A program made the translations under genes and the position numbers. DNA of 64,000 bases from Mytilus trossulus (Eukaryota). The stretch's first letter is position 1; each line of letters begins with the position of its first letter. Under the pieces are notes generated by a model. The model did no database searches and was not told the DNA's origin. It worked only from the letters and a program-made list of their open reading frames with translations. This document shows positions 51,505-64,000 of the stretch, piece by piece. The DNA is taken from the NCBI RefSeq assembly GCF_036588685.1, contig NC_086375.1, positions 7,998,001 to 8,062,000 on the forward strand, given 5' to 3'.

Positions 51505-53151
51505 TTAGTATATATAGCCAGATCAAGTTATATTAGCCCAAAATGCAGATATACAGAACCTGTTAGTATAATTAAACACAGAATATTAAAACAAATACAC
51601 ACTGCATTTAAAAACAAATCTAGGATTTAACTGCAAGTAATGTTGCTAATTTGAACATTTATTTCCTATTCTATAATTCAATAATAACTAACAGCAACTT
51701 TAATATCGACTACAGTAGTGGTCTTCACATGTTGCAACAGCTTCTTTGTAATGTGAAACAAATAAATAATACCAAAGATCTGTATTACTGCAAAATACTC
51801 TCAAGACAAAACAATGAATGTGAAAAACATAATATTCAATGACTCTTGAAAAAAAGAAAAATTCACAAAACAAAGACTAGCTTGCTCACAAAGCTTTCAT
51901 GATAGTACTGAATTATACAATACTCTACCAGTATACCTGAAATGAATTCACTAATGACTTTTAGGGATATCCAGATTTATAACTGACAAATTTTCCCATA
52001 TTATTTTTCTATATTCCAATTGATTCAACATACAATAGATTCTACAATTACTCTTTTATTACATTAAATATAGGATATGCAAGAACACAAAATGTCTTAA
52101 GGCATATCCTGTATTCAATATGGTGCATATTTTTCAGCTGATTCACACAATAAATATGGCTTCCAATAACCAAAAAAACTTCCATTTGGAGCTACTGTGT
52201 TTAGAGACCACTTTTGTCTATATATCATTTAATTTACTCATCTACTCTTTCTTGTCTTTCAAACTTAAGCAAAATATGGTGTTATAACCTATCAAATAAG
52301 TTAAATATGAATTATAACACATTCATCCACTCATCCAAATACTGTAATTTTAGAAATTAATGTGTGTATTTATGACTAAAGATGCAATTTTTTTTTTTGT
52401 GATGTTGAGAAAAAATCCTGTTTAATTCATATAAAAACAAGAATTTGTTCTAAGTACAAGGATGCCCCATCCCACTATCATTTTCTATGTGTTCAGTGGA
52501 CTGTGAAAATGGGATTAAATCTATAATTTTGCATTAAAATTAGAAAGATCATATCATAAGGAACATGTTTACTTGTTTCAAGTTGACCAGTCTTCAACTT
52601 CACATAAAACTACCTCAATAAAAAATTTAACCTGAAACAGGACAAACAAAAGAACAGACGAACGCAGAGACCAGAAAACATAATGCCCATAAATGGGGCA
52701 TAAAAATTCTAAATATGAATTCAAATTATTGCGATCATATTTTTCTTAATAATAAAAACATCAAAATAATTTCTGAATTTACAGTTTATAAAACATTCAA
52801 ACACCCATTCATTAATACAGTGAGTGGACATTAGTATTCTAATATTTTATTTTATTTTCATCTTTATTTTCTGTAAGACCTGATGATAAGCTTATTATCT
52901 TCCCAACAATTAATCTTCATTTCTACAAAAGTTAACCATTCAACAAAGCACTCTTTATTATTTTTAAGATATTATATTGTTCAACAAATTTTTTGGCTAC
53001 CTCATCTGCAAATTAAATGTGTAAAAAACTTAATAAAAAAAATTCTTGTAATTATTTTGTTTGCAAATTACTTTCATGATTTTGTGAGAAAAAATAACCA
53101 TTTTTTACAACCAGAAGATATCTGACTAAAGACTATTGTCCACTGCCTGTA

Positions 53152-56100
53152 TTAAGAATCACAAATGAACAAGTTAGTAGTTAGTAATGCATTAGCAGTG
53201 AGTAAAGAAGTGTTCACAGAATTGACACACATGTCTAACTGATCTATCACTATAGTTCTCTTCATCACTGAAGTGTTGTAATCTTCTTGTAGTTTAGTAT
53301 TCACTGGGTTACCAAGATCCTCATTGTCTAAGTCTACCAGTTCTGTAGTTTCCAAACTATATATTCCACAACTGCAAATTACCTCCCCTTCTTCAACTTC
53401 CTTTGGAACTTTCCAAAAATGATGGTAGGTACAATCAGTCTTGCCATCTTCCGAGTCCTTGACAACAGTTTTTGCAATATTCTGTAAACTTTTACAAACC
53501 ACATCTAATGCTGATAATATAGCAGACCTTGTACAATAAAACTCTTCAACAAGACTTGGCATTTCAGACAGCACCTGTAAAAAACAAAACATATTAAAAA
53601 TACTGATGTAAATATATCAACATCCACCTTTATTCATATTAATTTTGCCATCCAACAAGTAAAATGTTTTATCAACTTTTAAAGATTAAATAAAATCAAT
53701 TTATAAATAAATTCTACTTATGACACCACCTCAATTTAAACTTGATCTGTGTTTTGTGGAAATAAAGAGTTGTGTTCAAGTCGCATTACAACTGGTTGAA
53801 ACAAACTAAAGGTAGAGAGATACGATAGAGACACAAAAAGATTTGATACTGATATATATTAGGTTGGGTATTAGAAAGTATTGACTATATATCTAGAAAG
53901 CACAGAATTTTTGCAAAGAAAATAAATTAATCATCAATATCGTAGAAAATCTTTGAAAGAAGTAATACTTTTTTCCTGAGATTGAAACATGTCTTCATTT
54001 CCCAGCATCCTCCTCCAGGAAGTACATATGATGAGAAAGCTAATCTCTCCATGGAATGTAGCGCACTTGAACATACTGCCTGAAAAAATAAGAGTTATCT
54101 TTTTTTAAACACTGTTCAGAAATATTGATCTCTACAGTACCCTTCAAGAGGATCGATTCGATATGTTTTTTCTCTGATTTCCGTGTTTCTCAGAATCACA
54201 CCGAGTACCGTGGATTTCACTCTTAAAATCCTCCAAAGATTCTCTCCCAACACTGTGTGGCTGTTAATTGGTTTATTGTCCATCGGATGTATTAAAAATA
54301 AATGATTGTGTGACAACATAATCGGATTACCCAGATAATTGACCAGAACATTTAATTGATCTTGGTTGCACAGGTGTGCTTTAAAATCACGGTATTAAAA
54401 ATTGAACAAATGTTTTCCTTTCTTTGACATATAAAGATGCGACAATATAATTTAAAATAAGATAATTATTATCTTTAATATTTGTTTTTGTATTATGCCA
54501 TTATCTTCGAAATAAAATGTACATACCAAAAAATATGAAGAAAATACTTGTTATTTTGTGTTTCTATTACAGTCCAGTCATGTCATACATTGTGTTCTTT
54601 CAACAAGGACGATTTTGCCACAATTAGAATCTGTTATGACTTACTCAATTCGCAATATCAGTGCATTAATTGTTCATTATTTAAAAATAAACTGGCTAAT
54701 AAAATCATGTTGTTTTTACGGTAACACGATTCATCGGATCAACAAGTAAACTTATTTATTGAGCAATGAAAAATATTATGTTTCACCAACTCGGTATATT
54801 TATACAGACTTGAATAATTTAGATTTCGAACAGAAACTGTAAAGTTGAACAAAGGAAATAACTTCAAGTGATATTGATAGCGTTGTCATTTTCGTATTTT
54901 ACAAATGTATTTCAAAGGCAACTACTGAAGACTGTACCATTAAAACACGCATGGTACCTAGGAAAGGCACTTTTAAAATGGAGAAACTAACTGTAGAGGC
55001 AAATTAATGTAAATTACACTAAAACTTTCATTATGCAATAACATAGATGAACCCAACCTTAGTTGAAATTTTGATGTGCCTTCCCATGGTCCCATGTATA
55101 TGTTTGTGGAACAGCCATTTAAAGGTGTATGCCATCTCATATGTGTTGTGTAAATATTAATATGTTTTTTTTCTTTTTTTAAAATCCATATCAAATCAAT
55201 ATCCTGGATAAATTCTATTTATGAAAATTGTTTTTACAAATTCTCAGTTATAACTTTTTCTGGAGTGTAATATATATATTCAGGTCTGAAGATTTGTTCA
55301 GGAAATATTTTAATTTTCTAAAAACATGCCCACTAACTATTGGAGAAAGCTGGCTACAATTCATACGTTCATAAATCACTTTCTCAATAACATATTTCAT
55401 TAATATTAATTGAATGAAAGGAGATGTGCACCATCAATACATCACCACCGAATGAAACCAACCTTTAATTCCTGTACTGATTCTTCATGATCACTGGTTA
55501 ACCTTAATGTTCCAACAGGAGATTCCTGTCTCTTCAGGGAAAGATAACTCTTTTTGTTGATATTTTGATGTTCTATAGAATCTAGGTGTCCAATATCTGA
55601 TGCTATTACAGTAAAACTTCTCAAAGATTGTGCTCCTGCAATAAATATGGAAAGTTCTGTTTAAAATTAACCTATTAGAATATTTAGTTCAGGCAATCTT
55701 AGGGGCTATTTATTGATTTATTACTGTAGCCTGGAAAGAATATACAGTGAAAACTAATAAATGTTTAGTTTCTCTACACATTGTATTGCAATTCTTTTGA
55801 AGTAAGATAATTTATCTTTGTCCTAATCTTTATTCTATACGAGTTTAACCCTCAAGTTTTTATATTCAATCTTTAAAATTGAGAATTGAAATGAAAAATG
55901 TGTCAAAGAGACAACAACCCGACCATAGAAAAAACAACAGCAGAAGGTAACCAACAGGTCTCCAATGTAGCGAGAAATTTTGTATTGTTTTGCTTTTCCT
56001 CTTTTTCTTGCTGAAATGTTGTCTAAATTTGATAGACTTACAAGTGGTTATCTATTTTGTGTTAGCCTTTGGTATCTTGCCTAGTTTTGTCTTTTTCATA

Positions 56101-57260
56101 AAACATGAAATATTCATCTCATTTATCTCAAGAATCTACCTAATTATTCTCTAGATGTGACAGGAATTTAGAAGATTACAATAGAGCTGGTAAAGAAACA
56201 ACAGTCAAAGTTTGGTCACAGTTTTAGACACAACCGAGTTTGACTCAGCAAGGTTTGACTGTACTTAATAATGTGAATGGATCCTTATCTACCAACCTGT
56301 TAATTTCAGTATGAATGGAATCATCTGTGAACCAAGACGTTCTACAGGTAAAATATTCTGTTTATAAAGGTAACTTTTCACTGAAGGATGAATAACTTTC
56401 TGACAGAAAAGGACTCCAACATTCAATTCTGCACATCTGTCACAAAACTTCATTATTCTACTTAAAACTGTTTTTTCTTCTGACAGCTCATTAAAAACTT
56501 CATATTCTGCATCCATAATTTCTTCTGAATCACCTGTCATGGAAATGGTTACCATGGCAACATTGATCCGATTGTTTACTTTTTTTACATTGTTTAAAGC
56601 GGCCAGAGGAAGTTGATAACCTTGTAATAGCAATCCTTGATATAATTTAGAATCAGAAACAGGAAGTCCTTCAACTGGAATTAAATATATGTTCTCTTCC
56701 CAGCTACCAGACCTTCCCTCACAAGGGAGATAACTTGCAAAAACTTGGACCAGAAGCTTAGAAAAGTTATCTAAATCATATGAATTCAGTTTACACAATG
56801 GTTTTCTACCAATTATAGTTTTAACAAAATTAGTCATTTGATTAAGACTGGAAATATCTATATTCATTTTTGAAGATTCAGCAGTAATGTCTTCAACAAC
56901 TATTGTTAAAAATCTGTCATATAACTCTGTTAAGTAAGAATTGGTGACGTTAAGATTCATCGACTTAGTCAATAATAAAACAGGTAACATAGAAACAAAA
57001 TGTCCTCCATCGGAAAAGTGTTGAAGATGACCTTGAACGGCTGTTACAATGAGTCGAATAACAGGTTTAGACACAGACAATGACTGTAGCAGACGACAAG
57101 AGGTAGAGGTCATAGTTAGATGACCTCCAACAGAATTCTGAACCATCTGGATACATCCTTTACGACATGATGCTGTTATCTTCAGGAATAAATTAAGGGC
57201 ATCTACTATATCAGGACTCACAAGGTTCTGTAATTGTAAAGTTCCAACTGATTGGTCCAT
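53152..57260 (-). CDS. MKKS: McKusick-Kaufman/Bardet-Biedl chaperonin-like protein (BBS6)
   Basis: Exons 57260-56297, 55635-55463, 54079-53969 and 53574-53152, with consistent phases. Motifs GGHLTMTSTSCRLL, HLQHFSDGG, LFCQKVIHPSVKSYL, VERLG and LPGGGC; the four-coding-exon layout resembles vertebrate MKKS. Confidence 0.93.
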
Positions 57261-58056
57261 AATTATCTACAATAAAACATGTCAATTTATTAAACTCTAT
57301 TAAACAGTGGTCCTTTAAAATGACATCAATGTCTGAGTTAATCTAGAATTTTCTCTTACTTCATGTACTTAGACTAGTTTCATGTCAGAAAACATTAAAT
57401 ATCCAATTGCACCTGGGTTTGAATAAAATTTCCTAAAACATTCTGACTCTATATGCCTATATATTCTTTAATACGAAATTCAATTACATGATATAGTTAT
57501 CATTAAACATATAGTGTAGGTTTGGAGTTTTGAATAATATTACAATAACCATTAGCTTCATTAAAACATTGGTGGATACCGGTACATTATAGTTGTCTCA
57601 ATGGTATTCATACAGGTCACATCTTCTTACACTACAGCTCAGGTGGATTTTGCTTTTTCCACTTGCCCACCATGGGCAGCCTAACCATTCCCACTCTAGC
57701 TATATTCTGTTTTATTTGAAAAAATATTGAGTACAAATGCTTATCTGCTTATTTCAATTGATTGTTCTTGAAAGTCTTTTGATAAAACAAAAGAAATTAC
57801 ATGCCCACATTAGACCAGTCATCCACTGAGGCCCCACTTATAGGGTACCAGGGATAGAACTTAAACTTTAGCAATGTAGCCCACAGCTTATATTTTGTAG
57901 CCCATATATATAGTTCTATACAAGAAAAGCAGAAATTTGAGTAGCCCAAACCAAATTTTAGGGGCCATTGGCCTGTGGGCCCCTGCTAATTTCATACCTT
58001 GGACCGTACGTAAAAATAATAAAACTTACTTTAGCAAGTACCTCATTATTTCTATT

Positions 58057-61000
58057 CTAACTCTCTGATTCTTGTTTCTTTGTTTTATTTAATTTCTTCA
58101 TTTGTCTTAGTCTTTCAGCACTTCTCTGTTGTCCAGTGCTCAGTTGCATGTACTTGTAATAAGCATATGGTAGTGTTAAAATGGAGCCGCCACCAACAAT
58201 AAGAATAAAGGAAAATATTTTGTTCTGATTTGTCCAATTACTCAGCTGCCAGAATGATGCTGAAATCCTGCAAAACAAAATAAAATCAATTTTATAATAA
58301 GTTTTCAACTGGTTATCCATCATCTAGAGGGAATAACAGATACATGTGAAGAATCTGCAAAATAGTGAGGAAAAAATCCTTAGGAAAATATTCAAGAAAG
58401 GAGAAGATTTTCAAACTTTAACAGTTGTAGTTCACTTAAAGAGATAAAATCCAGTGAACAGCAAAGAAAGAAACCAATAATAAAATTGAGAATGGAAATG
58501 GGGAATGTGTCAAAGAGACAACAACCCGACCATAGAAAAAAACAACAGCAGAAGGTCACCAACAGGTCTTAATGTAGCGAGAAATTCCCGCACCGGAAGA
58601 TCCTTCAGCTGGCCCCTAAACAAATATATACTAGTTCAGTGATAATGAACGCCATACTAATTTCCAAATTGTACGCAAGAAACTAAAATTAAAATAATAC
58701 AAGACTAACAAAGGCCAGAGGCTCCTGACTTGGGACAGGCGCAACAATGAGGCGGGGTTAAACATGTTTGTGAGAATTCAACCCTCCCCCTATACCTCTA
58801 GCCGAGTAAACGCATAACAATACGCACAATTAAATTCAGTTAGTCTAATTACTTAAGGTAAAGTATCTTGAGTGCCCAAATACAAAAATCAATTAGTATG
58901 ATAAAATCTTAGTCCTGTGGTCTGCAGAGAAATTTTTACGAAATACTAATGTTCAAATGTATATATTGGATTATGAAACACTTTCATTTGACTTTGTCAT
59001 GTTTGTATACTAGCTAATTCATACTTTTTAAACATTTTTACAATCTCTGTGTTCTTCTTCTTAATTTACAAGTAATGTTGTGCTTTAGTAGTTTGTCATC
59101 CATCAACCATCTCTTGTCATAAAGTTTAAAGGAAAATCTGAAAATAAATAACTCATATATCATCATGATAACTTTAAAAGCACCAATGCATTAACAATAA
59201 ATGGTTACAAATTAAAGACAAACTACAATAACATACATACAATGAAGGCGTGACAGTGGATAATTATGAAAAAAATATATGAAAATAAAAGAGAAGCATA
59301 CAGTATAAATTATTACAGAAATGAAGTAACTTTTAATAATGATATTCTCACCATGATATGATATGATATGAATTACAGATAAATAAAAAAAACAAGGTTA
59401 ACTAATAATTAGTAAGGTAACTGCATTTAACAGCAGACAAAACTGGATGTAGGAATGTGTTACCTATGAATAAAATTGAGAATGGAAATGGGGAATGTGT
59501 CAACAATGGTTAAAGAGACAACCACCCAACAACAGCAGAAGTTCACCAATTGATAGGTCTACAATGCAGCGTGGAATTCCCGCACCCAGAGGCGTCCTTA
59601 AGCTGGCCCTTAAACAAATATATATATTAGTTCATTGATCATTGTCTATTTGACTACTGGTCCCTGCATGTGGGGTTTGCAGACACTCAGATATCCCCTA
59701 ATAATTCCTCTTACATATTTAACCAACATAACCAAGGTGGTCAACTTGACAGAAAGCTCTCTACCTAAGTCTACCTAAGTGTTTCCAAACGCAGGAGATC
59801 AGTTTGCTCCTCTATATTTGGCTCTGGTTCATCGTCACTAACTACACTTGTGCTACTTCCGGTGTTATAGGTGTATTCAGTGTCAAAGTTATATATCGTT
59901 GGGTGTTCTTTCCAATGCTTGTCTAAGCGATTTCCAAAAATCTTTACATTCTTTGCGATCACTACGTTATCTGGTAGGCTGTTCCATACTTCCACTACTC
60001 TGTTAGAAAAGTAGTATTTTCTAATGTCTAGTTAGTCCAAATAATTATGACGTCTTGAAAGGCTATTATAATTTTTTTCTTTGACGCCTTACTTCGACTG
60101 TAAGGCGTCAAAGAAAAAAATTATAATAGCCTTACAAGACGTCATAATTATTTGGACTAAATGTCTAGTCTGCTTCTATATTTTACCAATTTCATAGAGT
60201 TGCCTCTTGTTGGCAAGCTGGTATTACGAGTAAATAGACCTTCTGTCACTTTTGAGTCATATACACCTGTTCATGCTGTTGTTATTTTGTATGTTTCTAT
60301 CATGTCGCCTCTTAGCCTTCTAAATTTTAAAGTTGGAATTTTCGTATGACAAATCTTTAAGGTTGGGTAATATCTTTGTTGCTATATGTTGGACATTTTC
60401 AATTGTCTTAATATCTTTCTTTTTGTGGGGGTTCCATACACTACTAGCATATTCAAGATGAGGACGGGCTAATGCCTTATAAATAGTAGGCAGAAGCTTT
60501 TATAATCGAAATATTTGAAAGTTCTCCCTAAACAAAAATTAATTATCAGACATGGAAGTTCAAAGTTTAATTTCTGTATACATGTAGTTAAGCAGGAGTT
60601 TAGATGACCCCCAAATAATTTTCTCATATATATTTCTGTCCATATAATTTACAAATTATGTACTTTTTACTCAATGAATGTAGTTAAGACTCCAATTCAT
60701 TTGTCAAATAGTGACTCAAGGTTCATTTATCTGGGTAAAGATTAAAAGCTACAACTACCCAACTACTATCTGATAACCTTGGTCGCCTGATTGCAAATTC
60801 ACCAGCTAAATAATTTCTTCAATGTTATAATTAAACTTGTGATGAGTGTATATTTTATGTTAGGAAAAGCGCAAACGTAACTCTTAAAATCGGAACCTCT
60901 CTAGAGTATTTATGTGAATAGTGAAAAGTCTTAAATCTGTATTTAAGGGGCAATAACTCATTTTACCCGCACTTTTCGATGGGCAGCGAATTCTTCACAA

Positions 61001-63067
61001 AGTATTTACAAGTACAACATCATTCCTAGTATTTACCAAACAATGTGAAAATCTGTTTCTTGATCTGTTGCAAAACAGTAGATCATGTTTCGATGGACAG
61101 CTTGGAACAACAGGCATTTACTAAAAACAGCTGAAATATACATTTTTTTTTATCAACATATGCAATAATTTTTTTTTAAAACAAGACACATCTACACAAT
61201 ACTTCTTAATATGTTGGGCTGCCATATGTTAAAAATTACAAGAAGTCACATGCTAGGGAATTTTTAATTTGAATCTAAACTAGTTCAAATGATTATGAAG
61301 TGTTGAAAGGCTTTCAATATTTTTCTTTTTTTTTCTTTGACGCCTTACAAATTGGCGTACAAATTTGCATACAAGCGTAAATAAGGTGTAATGAATGAAT
61401 ACATAAGTCCTGGACAATGCTAGAGAAGACCATTCGCTCCTGGTCATTTCAAAATCAATAGCTTCCATGCATGGCCATTGCAGGGGCAGATTTAGGCAGA
61501 GGTGTGGCAGGCGTGCGCCCCCCTTTAAATTTGCAAAGACGATCGTCTTCAACAAGAGACCATTCCATCTTTTTTAACAAAGTATATATAACTGTCAGTT
61601 TAACAGAATCAAATCTTTTTTAAGACAAACTTATTGACTTCATTTACCAGTAAAAACTGGCCACTATATCTAATAGTGCTTTTAAAAAGTAGTATAAAAC
61701 AGGAACATCAATCATTATGATGAGTTTATTTCAGGTTGGTGCAAGATTGGTCTGTCAAATAGAAATTCATTCTTTGGATGAAAAAAAGTCCAACAAAAGA
61801 TGGCTTCAGCGACATCAACTAAAGGTTGGTGGATATTCCAAGTAGAAAGTGCAGTACTTAAGGAGCTTTTTAATTGTAATCTCTGTCCTGCCTTTTTATT
61901 TTTCACTCTATCCGGCCCTGTTTTTTTTTTATAGTTTATCCTGACTTTTCTTACATAAATTGTCATCCTGACTTTTTTTTTTGCAAGTGTCTCATCCTGC
62001 CTTTTTTTTTTACTCAAAACTCCTGTCCTGCCTATTTTTTTCAAATTTCATCCTAGCCCCCCCCCCCCCCCCCCCCATTAAAATCAAATGATAGCTCTCT
62101 TACATGTATTACTGAATGTACATTCATTAAATAAAATATATAACTATACATTGTATTAAACTATTAAATTTGTTTGTAAAAGGCTTAGAAACAGGTTAAA
62201 CATGTTAAATGCAAGCCACATAGTTAAAGGTCTGCATCCTTAAGATATTTTGGAATTGAAAGAGTTTGAATTACAAAATTTGTATACGACTGTAAAATTT
62301 GAAAAAAATTTCGTCGTATATATATTGCTATCACATTGGCATCGTCAGCATCGTCGTCCGAATACTTTTAGTTTTCGCATTCTAACTTTAGTAAAAGCGA
62401 ATAGAAATCTATGAAATTTTAACACAAGGTTAATGACCACAAAAGGAAGGTTGGGATTGATTTTGAGAGTTTAGATCCCAATAATTAAGGAATTAGGGGC
62501 CAAAAAGGGCCCAAACAAGCGTTTTCTTGTTTTTCGCACAGTAACTTTAGTTTTAGGAAATAGAAATCTATGAAATTTTGACACAAGGTTTATGACCACA
62601 AAAGGAAGGTTGGGATTGATTTTGGGAGTTTTGGTTCTAACAGTTTAGGAATTAGGGGCCAAAAAGGGGTCCAAATAAGCATTTTTCTTGGTTTTCGCAC
62701 CATAACCTTAGTATAGATAAATAGAAATCTATGAAATTTTAACACAAGGTTTATGACCATAAAAGGAAGGTTGATAATGATTTTATGAGTTTTGGTCTTA
62801 ACAGTTTAGGAATAAGGGGCCAAAAGGGGCCAAAATTAAACTTTGTTTGATTTCATCAAAAATTGAAAAATTGGGGTTCTTTGATATGCCGAATCTAACT
62901 GTGTATGTAGATTCTTAATTTTTGGAAAGATTAGAACTTGTTCTACATCTTTACTTAGGCACCACCCTCCCTAACAACAGGACAGGTTACCTACTGTTAC
63001 TAAATGGATTCACACTAAAATGTAGTTCCCTATGGTTCTCATGTATTTGCACATAATACACATATAA
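58057..63067 (-). CDS. Putative spliced upstream ORF encoding a small transmembrane protein in the MKKS leader; start lies outside the window
   Basis: Exon 58267-58030 (ttttgttttgcag / gtaagt) has a stop at 58057. Candidate exon 63067-62991 (attttgttttcag / gtaacc) joins it in frame: LYVYYVQIHENHRELHFSVNPFSNSR-ISASFWQLSNWTNQNKIFSFILIVGGGSILTLPYAYYKYMQLSTGQQRSAERLRQMKKLNKTKKQESES*. Confidence 0.6.
59770..60530 (-). mobile_element. CR1-clade LINE 3' remnant
   Basis: YKALARPHLEYASSVWNPH, RRLRGDMIETYKI and YFSNRVVEVWNSLP. Confidence 0.85.
60032..60160. mobile_element. 129-bp fully palindromic MITE with an 8-bp TSD, inserted in the LINE
   Basis: TTAGTCCAAATAATTATGACGTCTT...AAGACGTCATAATTATTTGGACTAA flanked by ATGTCTAG on both sides. 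Confidence 0.9.
62320..62925. repeat. ~158-160-bp tandem subrepeats of a non-autonomous element
   Basis: atagaaatctatgaaatttt at 62401, 62559 and 62721; same family as 1890-2260. Confidence 0.8.
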
Positions 63068-64000
63068 CTGAAAACAAAATGGGTATATTATTGGAGCAGT
63101 TCATTCAAGAATGTATGTCATTAAGGTGTGTTGATGTGCAGGCTTTTAAAAAAAAATTGATTAGGTAAGTGGGTATTGATTCAACTAGTATGATTGACAA
63201 CTGTCATTATCACTTAACAATCAGAGACAAGGTGGACCTTTAATTACAATGCCCCACCTCCTAAACTGCCAATCAAATTGACCACATTACCTATCAACCT
63301 CAGTCTTACATAATTACACAAACCACTCCAATATGCATCTAATTCTTAATAAAGAAGTAGTTGACCTCATAACTGAATACACAAATGTGTATATTAGATA
63401 TTTGATATTTATAAGGGTGATATATTTTTTTATTGCAAATTACTTTTGATCTACATTACATAAAGTGATTCTGTAAATTATATCTGAAAGATAAATGATT
63501 AATGGATTAACAAGATCTTAAAAAAAAAAATATGAATATATAAAAGGTATTCAAGTATGGCCTATAATTTACTTGATAAATAGCCAATAATCGTCAGTAA
63601 TTAATCAACAATTTAGATTAGTTCACTTTTTTTTTTATCAGGTATTGGCTTGAAACAGTTTTGAAATTTTAAAACTTTTAATTATAACTAACCATTGTTT
63701 ATTTCCCATCAATCATAACATGCATTATGTCTATTTTAGTCATTTGAATTTTTATTAAAAGTAAATATATATTTTTGCAATCAAGAAACAATCCACATTT
63801 CAATAAAATAAGTTTTTTAATTGGTTGACGTCGAAAAAGTACATTTTCAATGCCCTGTGTCGAAAAATACTTTAAAAATTGATCAAAAGGCACTTTAAAA
63901 CTTTTAATCTTCAATGCCATATAACCTCTGTTTCAACTTACAAAATGCCCAAAAACAACATTTTTCGATTTTTTTTTGCTGGCACTTTAAAGTTTTTAGC

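Noticed and set aside
58268-58323. ATG start (MMDNQ...) of the 88-aa track ORF
   Set aside because: It lies upstream of a strong polypyrimidine/AG acceptor and is likely intronic; the true start is probably in an exon beyond the window.

Overview
AT-rich eukaryotic genomic DNA with GT-AG introns. The repeat families and gene types suggest a bivalve mollusc, probably Mytilus (inference). From left to right: (1) the 3' part of a spliced gene encoding a HEPN (DZIP3-like) domain, a coiled coil, a STAND NTPase and 17 ankyrin repeats, with its last repeats cut off by a frameshift and a nested TE insertion; (2) about 20 kb of TE remnants, including a Penelope-like fragment and a Gypsy LTR element split by a 13.15-kb TTAA-flanked long-TIR element that itself contains a nearly intact BEL/Pao element; (3) three conserved genes: ABHD12 (minus strand, with a tandem pair of apparently mutually exclusive exons), intronless POLE4 (plus) and MKKS/BBS6 (minus). 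The most notable observations are a spliced upstream ORF encoding a small transmembrane protein that appears to share a transcript with MKKS, the ABHD12 duplicated oxyanion-loop exons only 36 nt apart, the HEPN-STAND-ankyrin immune-receptor-like gene, an IRF-site-like array in the BEL LTR, and hammerhead ribozyme copies on the ABHD12 strand. All exon models were read by eye and have no transcript support.
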